Position numbers and translations under genes: made by a program. From Protoeuglena noctilucae (Eukaryota): DNA of 64,000 nucleotides. A model generated the notes under the pieces. The model was not told the origin of the DNA, did no database searches, and saw nothing but the letters and a program-made list of their open reading frames with translations. The first letter of the stretch is position 1, and every line of letters begins with the position of its first letter. Positions 12,966 to 24,538 of the stretch are shown piece after piece. The stretch lies in the NCBI GenBank assembly GCA_958009085.1, contig OY253681.1:62001-126000 (forward strand), in the 5' to 3' direction.

Positions 12966-13849
12966 ATGAGATGGGCACGACGGATTCGGTTGTAAAACGT
13001 TTCCTTTAACTTCCCCACCAAAAGATTTTGGGGTTTTTACTGGGGTTTTGGATGCGGCTTGCGTTCAACGGTTTTGGGTCGACGGTTAGGGTATCTTCCC
13101 ATCCCAAGGACCCATCATCTCATCGTCAGCGGCTCTGCAGCCACTCAGACTCGAGTCCGCGACGCCAAGTTGTATGGTTGCCAGGCCTCAGGCTCTGACC
13201 GCTGCGTGCAAGGACTCTGGAACCGTTGGGAGGCTGCCAACAAAGATTCCGGCTGCTTCTGTCCCACTGTGCGACGAACGTGAAATTGTGCAGCATATGG
13301 AGTTTGGAAACTTGCCTCGTCAATGCGTAATTCTTGAAGAGTGGGCAGAGAGCTTTGTGGAGTACGCCAGGCGCAATGAAGCGGCCGCAGTGTTTGCACT
13401 GTTCAGTGCACGGAGGCATTGTGATTCCTGCGTATGGAGCAGTGATCAGTGAAAAATTGTGACGGATAGGGAAGTTTGACCAAAACTGCGCGCTAGTGCG
13501 TCGCAAAAGAGGCGAGCAAGCTGGTCTTTACTTTGCGACTGAGGTCATGCAAGGTCCCAAAAGCCAGAAGATTGCACGAAAAGTCCACTGCTGCACAAGC
13601 CCCGTCGATTAAACCAGAATAACGCGGCGAACTCACCTCGGTCTTAACAATTGTCCGCGGACGAGCTGATATACACAAGCAGTGGTGGTCGAAGCTCTTT
13701 TTAACAATTTCATGGGCAACACGGCGTTCTGGCCAGTCAGACTCCATGAGTCTGATTCTGAATCAGCATCGGGCCGCAGCATAAGATTGAGGGCTGAGGC
13801 GTGGAGTAAGTATGAGGGTTTGATGCCAGGGCATGTGCTCGCCTGACCG

Positions 13850-14450
13850 CACCACGCCTGCCTGCCTCCACCCCCACAGCTTGCGTGGTCTGCTGTGCGG
13901 GGGACTGTGGGCCGCGGTGGGCGACGCGGGGAGCGCGGCGGTGCGGCAGGCGGCGGTGGAGCTGGTGGGGGCGTGCGTGGGGGCGTGCGGGGGGGCGACC
14001 GTGGCGGCGGCGATGGGGGGGGAGGGCGGGCAGCGGCTGAGGTTAGGGGGTGGCTGTGGTTGCGACTGAGGTGAGGGGGTAACTGTGGCTGAGGTGAGGG
14101 GTGGGGCAGGTGGGCTGCAATACTGTGTCCTGGCATCCCCAAGGTGTCATTCAACACTACCAATCGCTCACCGGACGCTTGTCACATCACCCTCGCTCCC
14201 TGTGTATGCTCACCCACCCCTCCGTTGACCTTGCCTTTCCTCCCAGGGATGCCCTGGCTCTGTCGGCTGCGTCGGAGCAGGTCCCTTCCATCCGCGCCAA
14301 GGCAAAGGAAGTGGCAGACGCGGTGGGGGCAGCCTTGACGAGTGCCATGGAGACTGAAGGGAGCTAGATGAGAGGGGCAAGCGTGTGGACGGTGGGGGGA
14401 GCGGGGGTGGTGGTGATGGAGACTGGGGGAGGGTAGATGAGATGGGCAAG
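13850..14450 (+). repeat. Duplicated copy of the last two ECM29 exons with flanking intron sequence
   Basis: 13877-14042 is near-identical to about 12491-12657 (SLRGLLCGGLWAAVGD...GQRLR). 14160-14370 matches about 12755-12970 (RDALALSAASE.VPSIRAKAKE). A third partial copy lies at about 14385-14450. Confidence 0.95.
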
Positions 14451-14899
14451 CATGTGTATTACATGGAGGGGGTGGGGATGGCTGCCATGCCATGGAGACC
14501 GGGGGAGGCATTGTGCTAGATGAGCATGACTGCCGCGCGCGTTTCAACGCTCGCATGATGCGCAACAAGAGGGACGCACTTGCGCCAACAAAGCACTGCA
14601 TATGACATGACTTGCAATGGCCGGCTGCTGCTTGCAAACCCGCTCCCGCTCCCTCCTCCCTCCCGCGCCGCACTCGTCGCCCGGCCACTGCCCCACGCCT
14701 GTCCGCTGCATGCCCACCAAGACCAACACTCTCATGTAAAGAGCGCTGCATGACACCACACAATCCCCTTATGCCTCGATCGCACCGCTGCCGGTCATGA
14801 GTCGGACGCGGTGGATCCCCAACAGTGTCAAGTCCCACGGCATTGAGGCCCAGGCCGTGGGCTGAGAGCGGAGCGGGCGGTGAGTCCTCTGCAGGCGAG

Positions 14900-16380
14900 G
14901 CACGCATGAGCGAGTGTGAGCAGCATAAGCATCCATGCTCTGTGTCGTCATGAAGGTGCACCTGCTTTGCCAATCAAGCCTGCCCTCACCTGTTTCTCCC
15001 TCTGTTAGGCCAGCCGCATTGGCCGCCAACTCCTGCACCCCCCCGTCCTCTCCAAACATCGCACCCACGAACGCCGCACCCATCGCCTCCAGCCCCACGC
15101 TGCTTGCTTGCACTCTTTCAACCCCGTGCACGCCCCCGCCCCCTGCACCCCCACCATGTCGCTCCAAGGAACAGCCGCGTCCGCTTCCCACGCTGCCGAT
15201 GCCCCGTGCATCACCTCCGCCATCGCCACCACCCACGTCACTGCCGAGCACTGCCATGGCGCCCCACCCGCCATGCCCCCCGCGTCCGCCCTCTGAGACC
15301 GGCCCCGGGTCATCGCCCCCGACAGCCTCGTCAGCAAGGCGTCGTGAAGCGCAGCGAGGTCTTCTGACCCCATCGCACTTGCCGGTGACGCAAGGCGGGA
15401 CGGCGATGCCTTGGGGAGCGCCACGCCCCTTGCCTGGCCAAAAGGCGGGCTGCCAGAGCCCTTGCCCTGCCCAGGCACCGCAGCACGTTTGCAGGGCCGC
15501 GTAGGACGACTTGGTGTGCAGGTAGAGGAGCCCAGGGGGCGTGCGGGGCAGGTGGGGGGCGGCGGCGGTGGCAGGCGTTGCTGCATCGACCCCTTCAGTG
15601 CGAGGTCGATCCCCGGCGTGGTCGGGTCACAGGGTGGCCCAGGTGCCCGGGTCGGGGGTCGAGTGGAGCAGGAGGGCGGCGGTGCTGGCGTCAAAGACCT
15701 GTGCGAGGCGTAGGAGCGCGACGGATCCAGTTACGCCATGTTAAGACAACCCAAAAGCAAAGTCAGCCAATCAGTGTCTCCGACCATTCAATGTGAAACG
15801 CCTCGCTGACGCGGCGGGCCCCGGCGACCCGCGTGGCCGCCGCTATTCTCCCGCAGAGCTTCTCGACGGCGTCGACAGATCCAGACGCCGCCTTTGGCAT
15901 CGCCTCCCACATCTCCATCATCCCGCACAGCACCGGCCACGGCACCGCCTGCCCCGACACCCCACCCCACGCCACCGCCCCTCCCTTGGCGCCCACCACG
16001 GGAGCCTCGGGTACAGGCGCATCGCTGGAACGGGGCCATCCACCCCTAGGCTTCCTGTCGGAGTGGCCCAGAGCTGAGTCGCCCACGCCCCATCCCCGCT
16101 CAGCATTGTCAGCGTCACCATCCCCGGCCCCCAAGAGCTCCCTCGCCATGTCCTCATATGCGCCATAAGCACCCAACGCCTCGTCACTCCCCCTCTCTGC
16201 GATGGGCGTACCGTACTCCCCGTCCATATCCACCTCGATCTCCGCATCTGCCGGGTCCTTGCTGGGTGCCTGGCCGTCACCGTGGCCCTCGATTACGGGC
16301 TCGGTCCCCGCCAACAGCTTTCACATCAAAGTCGAGCCCCGGGAAGAGGCCGTCGTCTGCCAGGACCTCTGCATGTTAGG
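14900..16380 (-). pseudogene. Unidentified, apparently disrupted coding remnant
   Basis: Coding-like stretches (ORF 15763-16314 and segments such as LLRLAQVFDASTAALLL and LLYLHTKSSYAALQ) are separated by an in-frame TGA and frame changes. No family recognised. Confidence 0.3.
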
Positions 16381-16902
16381 CGGGGCAGTGTTGGATGCTT
16401 GATACTATTGCCTCCCTGGCGGTCAGTCAGTCCATGTCGACCACTCAGCCTCTGATCAACGAGTCAGGCAGAAGAAGGGCAGCAGCGTCGTCACACCATC
16501 ATCACACTCTGTCTTACCCGCGACCTCCCGCCCCTCCACTCGTTGTCCCCGTCGCCAGCATTTGCGGGTCAACACCGCTGCAAGGGGGCATCGCAGGTCT
16601 TGTGTGCGCTTCATGGCTTCTTGGGTGCACGATTGCCGACTGTCACGGCGCATCGTGCATACTGGACGGCGCGGGAGGTACGCACGGTGCCATCAGAGCC
16701 GTCCGCAGGGCGCAAGCTTGGACGGTTCCCACAACCATGCTCTCGTGCGCTTGCGGCCTGTCACGTCATCGTTCGCGGTCGCAGCTGTGCGCTTTCTGTG
16801 GCATTCGCGTTCAAAGAGCCATTCCAAAGCGTCACTTTCCCCTGGACGTCCCTGCTCAATTGACGAGACCGAGCGCATGCCGGCCACCCACAGCAGCCTT
16901 GC

Positions 16903-19900
16903 TTAATCTGCCGCATCTGCTGCGATGACCGCCTCGTCCCCATCGAACTCAAGCTCTCCGCGCAGTTTATCCAGCTCTTCCAGCGCGTCGCTGAGCCCAA
17001 GCGCCTTGCACGTCTCCCCGCATTGGTGGCTCTGGAAGAACTTCAGCATGCCCAGCCTCCCAAAGCTGCACGACTCGTCCGCCAGCAGCGTCGGGTGCAC
17101 GCAGTGAATTTCGGGGTCCGTGAGCTTGATGGCCGTCTTGCCCACACGCACACCCCGGATGCCAGCCACCATGAGCCGGCCCTCCGTAGCTTGGTAGGTC
17201 CAGTGGGTGAAGGCGCGCGTGAGCTCGTCCCATGCCTCCATATTGACGTAGCCTGCATGAAGGGGGGCAAGGGGGGCCAAGGTCGCATCACGACACCATG
17301 CAGGGGCTAGAGCCACGACAGGTACCACGTCAATACATGACACAACCTTGCTGGCTCCTCAGACCACGGCGCCCTCTTGATGCAGCGCACGCACTGCGCC
17401 AGTGCCTCACCGGCGTTGGACGACCACTTGATAAATTTGCCCAGTACGAGCTGCTGTTGCAGGCGGAAGATTGTCGTGGGTTCCTTTTGAACAGTGCCAG
17501 AAACCGTCCCTGACGGGATGCCCTGGTAAGAGACCATGCACGTATCCAGGTAGCTCAGGGGCTTGGGCGGGGCGGATAGCTTGTCTTGGACCTACGGAGG
17601 GCACTTTCGGCAAAGGAATGTGTCAAAGCTGTGACATCACAGCTGCGATCTGCATGCCGTGTTCCATGCATCACATTTGACAGTTGGCCATCTTTCTCAC
17701 CTCACTGACACGATCGTTAAAGAGGCTGGCCAGCATGGAGGCGACCCCATATGCTTGAAGCTCCTTTTCGTACCTCTTGGCGCTGCGCTGACGAGCAGTC
17801 TGCAGATGGGAAACAGGTCCATTACAACTCCGCGATAACTGCCAACCACGGCATCGCGGCTGGCCTTTCTGTGCTGACATGCACCTTGAACTCCTTGAGG
17901 ACGACAATGGGGTATTCCATGCTACTGCTGTAGACGACCACTGTGCCATCAGCTGCCTTGCGCTCGACCCTTCGGTTGTTGTCCTTGATCTGCTCCTGGG
18001 CCAGGAAGGCGACCTTGTGCGTTCCCTCAAAGCCTGGCGGAGGATGGTTGCGGATGAGGTAGTTCCGGCATGGTTGCGAAGGCTTTGTGCCGGGAGCGAT
18101 GAAGTGGTCATCGACGTCCTCAAGCAGCCTCTTCAGGTCGCCCTGGTAGTCCGGAGGCATCGTGATCTCGACCTGCGTTGCCGCTTGGTTTTTCCTCATG
18201 ACTTTGAACGCTTTCTTTTACTTGGCCAGCGTGGCTTCCCATGCCTTCTTGGTCTTGCCCTCCAGGCTCCACTCCTCGAGCATCTTCTGGATCTCCTCGG
18301 ATGCGGTGTCGCTGGTGCTGCTCTCGCCCTCCTCGCCCTCATCCACAGGGGCCATCTCCGCATCCACGTCGTAAGCCCATTTCAGCCCACGCGGCAGCTT
18401 CCTCGCCAACGAAACCCTGGACAAGCTTGCTGAAATGGTGCCCAGCACTTCTCTGATCAGCTTGGCTACCAGGTCTGCAAGGCGCTGCTGGGACGGCAAA
18501 ACACTTCCTGCAGGCAACACATACCAGATGCGGTCATGTATCACACATGTACCAGAAATCGATGATCGGTAGTGGCACTACTCGTTCATCCAGGCAATCC
18601 ATTTGAGGACACGTACAAGTAACGTGCACAGTGACTGAATGAATACCCACAGGACTGCTGGCGCTTACCTTCGTCACGCTTGACCTCCGTCTCCACGAGC
18701 CAGTGGCGGCCCTCGTCAGCCCTGTCAATGTCACAATCGCGCAGAATCTCCCGCAGCTTCTGCACCATCTTGGCACAATGCTCTCTCTTCAGGTGGCACA
18801 GCGTGTAACGCTGCACCCCCAGGCTCTGCAGTCTCTGCATGGCTCTTTGTGCCTCGACTTCAGGCTGGTTGCGGCCCTCGGGGGGACTGCGAAAGTAGTC
18901 GTCGTTTGGCTCCCCGAGGTTGTGCATGCCTTGGCCATGCGCCGGTGCATCCAGGACGTGGAAGATGGCCTGCGTCGGGGCAGTGACGTCGACTATGTGG
19001 GTTCGACTCAACAGACGCCAACCATGGCACATCGGGACCGTGCGGCCCACCCACCTTGTTCCTGTGCCCCCATCCCATGTTCCCCGCCTCGAGCATGGCT
19101 CCAATGACGTCCTCTGCGTAGTCGTAGCCACCTCCAGCCTTCACGTTGCTAAGGAACTCGACAACCTTCTCCGGGTCGGGTGTAAACTCCAGGCGCTCGA
19201 ATTGTTCGTAGTCGGATGTGCTGCGCACCACATCACGATATATCAGAACTCCATACCTCACATTCCCAACCGCCCTCGTGTACCTCCTCTGAACCTCCGT
19301 GACCAACTCGTTGCTAAAAGCGTTCTTGATGCTGCAAAGAATCGCACGATGCATTAGTGGTGCCCCTTTCATGCCAAGGAGCGCATGCCTTCAAGGCTTG
19401 TTCCTCTGGCACAGCACGCACCTCTTAATGTACGGCTCCATGCTGTGGGTCCCGTCCATGATGAACAAGATGTCGAGCTGCAAGTACCGCGGATCGTACA
19501 AGTTGGGGGAAACGCAAGTAAATTCTCAACCCGGCTGCGATGCAGAGCACAACAACGCACCTGGGTCTGCTCCTGCTCCTCTCTTAAATGCTCTTGGAAC
19601 TTATGCATTTCCAAGTACTTCTCTTTCCTGAGGTTGTAGTCAACTTCTTTCCTCAACTTCTTCCGCCCCTTCGCCTGCAATTTAGTGGCGTCACCCCCCT
19701 CCCGCGCTTCGTACATCTGCCTCAAGTGCGGCAGGTAGTCCAGCCTGTGCATCTCCATAAACCGACTGAAGTACTGCGACGGAAAAAGATCCGGTGCCAA
19801 TGGATGTGCTGTGACTGACGCTGCTTAATACAGGGAAGCTTCGCTGATCTTCTGGTGGCGCCCGGCATGCGCACCTGCTGCCAGTGGGCCAGTTCGGACA

Positions 19901-22900
19901 GCTCTGTGCTGGTCGCCACTCTCTCCGGCGTCAGCAAGTACACGTTGATCCCTGCGCAATGATGAGCCCACTGTCAGTGCAACATCCGAGCTGACCTGAC
20001 GCTTTTGCAGCGAGCATTGAGGCCCACCCGGCACGCACCGGCGTTCTTGGCCTCCCTAACGACTGACACATAGTCTCCGTCACCGCTTATGAGGACGATG
20101 GCGTCCCCACGCTGTCCTTTGCGCACAGCATGGTCGATGAGAGGCTTGATCACGTTGTCCGATGCTGCGTGCCCAAATAGCTACAAATGGCTTTGGTTAC
20201 GGGGGAGAAGGGTTACATACGTCAACGCTCCACCCACTCCCCCTTTGCTCACCGTTGATGCGGCCACCAACATGGAATAAGACGTGGGGGTGCACCACTT
20301 CGATGCGCTTTCTGACCTCTGGAGGGTACAAATGGAGCCTGTCCTCCGCAATCGCAACAGTCAGGCTCACACGTACCTTCTGCCCCAAATCCTTCCCAAA
20401 CACCCTCAGCATCACATCAAACTGGTCGTGTGGGAAGAGGCCGTCCTTGTCGCAGGGGAGATACAGCGGGACCTGTGGCGCAAGAAACAACATGCTCACG
20501 GACCGCGCAAGGCAGACTTACCGAGCATGCGATACATCTACCGCACAGCTCACGCTGTTCATGTCCCAGAAGACGGCGACACTCCCCGCCAGGGCGCCCT
20601 CTGGGGCCGGCCACTTCTGGTCGTTGTTGTTCGACTTCCAGAGCACCATCTCCTCCCAGCCACACGTCCTGTCTGGCCAGTTCTGCCTGTCGCGTATCAT
20701 GACTTTGTAACCCTCAAGTTCTGGAAGCTGGGCGCGTCTCCAGGTGCCAAACACGGCGTCAACATCAGCCGGCGTTCTGCATGAAAAACACTTCCAAGCA
20801 TTTTTTATTACGTGCTCATCGTATTTTGAACCCCGACAAAGCATAGCCTTGATGATGGACGACTCACCCCACGCTCTGCACCCACGGCTCCAGCAGCTGC
20901 CTCATCTCCTGTATGGTGGGGCGCTTGCGGGGGTCCGGGTCCAGGCATCGCGTCAGGACCGGCCTGCACGGACAATTGGCATCGGTGATCAAAACCATCC
21001 TCGCTCCTGCTTTGCGATCTCACGACATGACCGGCCGCCCTCACCTGAGATCGTCTGGCACCTCCTCCAGGTGCCGGTGCTGCAGCGCCCTGCCTTTGTG
21101 GTGCTCGACAGGAATCATTCTCGGCGCGATAGTGTCAAAAGGCTTCTTGCCCGTGGCCAGGTGCGCCAGGGTGGCTGCCACTGCATATACGTCCCACGAC
21201 ATATCTGCAGCGGCGGAGAGCCTAGCTAACGTAAAGTGGGAAAATCTGCAAACAACTGTCGACGTTTCAGAGGCTACAGTGCCTCGCCTGTCCCCGCAGT
21301 CTCGGTCGAGGCTATCTGGTCAGGGGGGGCGTATTGGTATGTCAAGCCCAGCAGTAATGGAACATTGACGGAGATTCCCTGCATTCATAGAGGCAGGGCC
21401 ACAGCTTACTACCTTGCAGGAAAGTGCGAATCTGGCCTCACCTTGGCCGCTCCGAAGTCGCACAAAGCCACGGACCCATCACTCCGCACGAGACAGTTGG
21501 CGGGTTTGACGTCACAGTGCACCACCCCGCACGTGTGCAACTCAGCAATAACCGCGCAGATGTCAATTATGGCCCTGGAGAGCTCTGCTGGCGTCAGCGG
21601 TCCGTCCCTCTCCCGCAGCACGTCAGCCAGCGACCCCTTACACCGCTCCATCACCATCATCAGCTTGAATTCCATCTGCACAGCCCCGTACGTCCAGCAA
21701 ACTCGCTTGGTTTGTTGCGACACCCACATGGACAACACCACCTCTGCGCGACTGTCGTCCTTGTCGTCCATGATCTTGACAGCCACGGGCTTCTCCGCGC
21801 CATTCGTCTTCAGCTTAGCCTCCCTGACAATGCTCTGCCCTTCACCCAGAACGGAACCGATATTCGACACGGTTGACGGTGGCAGCAGCACCATGCGCCC
21901 CAGCTCCCTCCTCTGCTCCTCCGTGAGCGTCACATCCCCCCTCGTGACGGTCCGCAGCGTATGCACGACCGTCCGGGCGTCTCCCGACTGCAGTAGCGAC
22001 GCAAGCCTCACCGGGGCTGCCGAGGTGGTGCTGTGCTGGTCGGTGGATGCAGCTGCGTGCCGGGCACTGCGGGGGGATGGGGTCGCGAAAGACGCGGTTT
22101 ATCATGCATTCCTGCAGCATCGCATAACACCCCATCCTCTCTGCTTCCTCCCTCACACCTGACATCCTCCTCCCACCGCCGCATCTCCTCCACCAGCACC
22201 GCCACTGTTGGACGCCCCGCAGGGTCCCTGTCCAAACACTGCGCCAGGATGGGCATGCGGATGCGGGACGCCTCGAAGCGAGCTCACAATAACGCACTCA
22301 GCGCCCTTACATCTCACGCCAGGCCGTCTGTGCAGGCTGCCTGGTCGTCTGTGCAACAGTCCCCCACGCTCACCGGATGCGCTCGGGCACCTCGTCCAGG
22401 TGCATGTGCTGCATGGCCCTGTCGTACGCGTGCTCAAGGGCGATCAAATTCTTGGCGACCGACGCAAAGGGCCTCTTCCCCGTGGCCAGGTGCGCAAGGG
22501 TGGCGCCCACGGACCACACGTCCCACCGCGGATCTGCACAGGGGGACACCAGCAGTGGGACAGATCGGCACCGCCGCAGACGATGGCAACATCACGATAC
22601 GCCCACCATCCCCCCGGCGGCCTAGCAAACTCACCCGGCCTGACCCCTGGCACGGCGCTCTGCTGGTCCAGGGACGCGTACGGCGCCGTGTGCGTCAGCG
22701 TGCTCTGGGCTGTGCGGTCCATCGGCTGCGGACAGCGACGCACACCGGTGACATGCAGCGACTGAGCCCGCCACCCAGCGACCATGCATCCCGCCCGCCC
22801 ATCCGCACCCCCCCAGCTTTGATATACACTCGCCTTGGACCCGCCAAAGTCCGCCAGCACCACCGTGGCGTCCTCCCGCACCAGGCAGTTCGCGGGCTTG

Positions 22901-23631
22901 ATGTCGCAGTGCACCACCCCGCACTCGTGCAGCTCCGCCAGGCTCGCGCACACGTCCCGCGCCACCCGCGCCAGCTCCGCCGTGGGCAGCCCCGCCCCCC
23001 CCAGCTCCCGCAGCCGCCCCTCCAGCGACCCCGCGCACCGCTCCATCACCAGCCACACATCCACCCCCCGCCTCACGCACCCGTACACCTTGCACACCCG
23101 CGGGCACTGCAGCGAAGCCCGCATGGCCGTCCCCACCTCCCGCGCCATGCGCCGCGCGTTGTTGACCTGCAGCGACTTGACCGCGACCGGCACCGCCATC
23201 GTCTCCCCCACCGGGCCGCGTATCGTCAGCGTCGCTGTCAGCACCCGTGCGTTCGCGTCCTCCGCCCCGATGCGCTCTGCCACGGACAGGTCGGACAGGT
23301 TGCCCCCCGGCAGCAGCAGCGCGCGGCCCAGCCACGCCGCCGCGTCCTCGACCGAGGCGATCGGCAGCGACTCCACGTAGCTCGACGCCGCCTCCGACAT
23401 CCCCGCGATCGCCTCCGCCGCGAGGTCGTGGCCCATCCAGCATCGCCGCGCGCCCTCCCCGCCCTCCTCCCCGCGCCGGCCTTCCCATGTCAGCCACCGC
23501 GCCGTGCACGCCTCGCACGCGATGCACTCGCACGGCAGCCGCTTCAGCACGCGGCCGGCGTCCGCCGCGTCGACGCCCCGCGCGCACAAAATGCACGTCG
23601 CATCAAGCTCGCCCTCCGCGAGACCCATCAT
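16903..23631 (-). CDS. Multidomain protein: RING-like Zn finger - Ser/Thr kinase - Ser/Thr kinase - NYN (PIN-like) domain - vWA - alpha-kinase-like domain
   Basis: Phase-compatible hand splicing across roughly 18 exons. Kinase 1: VAVK/HCDIKPAN/DFG/WDVWSVG. Kinase 2: VAVK/HCDVKPAN/DFG/WDVYAVA. NYN: VAVFWDMNS|VP, RINASDNVI, IVLISGDGDY. vWA: LDILFIMDGTHSM, YRD, GGGYDYAEDV, HVLDAPAHG. Alpha-kinase: VVLKEF, FIKWSSNAG, AFTHWTY, LTDPEIH, HQCGETC. One acceptor (22255-22257) reads CAT instead of CAG. Confidence 0.8.
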
Positions 23632-24538
23632 GGCTCCCGGGCGTCGAGAGCGGCCGCTTCAGCTTCACGGACGGCCGATCATTGCCGGCGGGCCTCGATC
23701 CGACGACGACCGCATGGGCCTTATTTGTCAGTCAGACTAATGGAGTCTGACTTGTGCAGGGTTAGGGTTAGGTGCGCAGTGGGACTGCGGGCGATGCCAA
23801 ATATGGACCTCCACTTTTACGCGGTGCTGGATGGAGCGCCAGCCAGCGCCTGAAGCGGCGTCCGCGCGAGCAGTCCCGTCGCTGGCCGGCTCCTCGCCCA
23901 GCATGCGCCTCTCGGCTACCCGTGTCGAGAGGGATTTCAGGGACAGGCCATGCATGCGGCGCCTGGCAGACTAGGGACGCAGTGGCTGGCATGGCTGGCA
24001 CACCGATGGCATCCCAGACCCGCCCTTGTCCCTCTACAATCCCTCCCTTGCCATGGCGTGCATTCGTCTCACGCACTCGCCTACGAGCATGCACCTACAG
24101 TACCACGCGCCCCCATGTCAGCAGTGTCGCCATCTTTGCGGAGTGTGATGCCCGTCCCCGCGACCCTCCTGCTGAGGACATCAGGGCCTGTTGAGCCGCC
24201 GCCCCGCCTCTCCTGTCTCTGAATGCGCCCCGCCACATCCCTCTGGATCAGCAGCTTGTTGTGCTTGGCCCGAAGGACCTCGGAGACTCGTCACTGACAG
24301 TTGCGGTGGCTGGGGATGGAGGACAGGGGCGGGGTGGTCAGGGCCGAGTGAGGGCGAGACGGGGTGATGAGCACGTGCGGCAAACGTCGCATAGACGATG
24401 GCAGGGCAGCCGCAGCCGATGCCCCGACCCTGTCACCTGCCGCGCCCACTTGCATGCTGCGGCACACATCACACGCTATGCACCACCTGACATGCGCTAA
24501 AAGCCCACCCCACTCCCCCACCTGGCTATTGCGATCAT

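Noticed and set aside
18170..18245. In-frame TAA in the alpha-kinase region suggesting TAA/TAG=Gln recoding
   Set aside because: It falls inside a plausible GC-AG intron (aag|gcatgg...acgcag|gtc). Conserved genes here end at TAG or TAA in expected positions (UBE2C, RBM25, MurC).
23758..23772. Telomere-like GGGTTAGGGTTAGG
   Set aside because: Only about two units; not an array.
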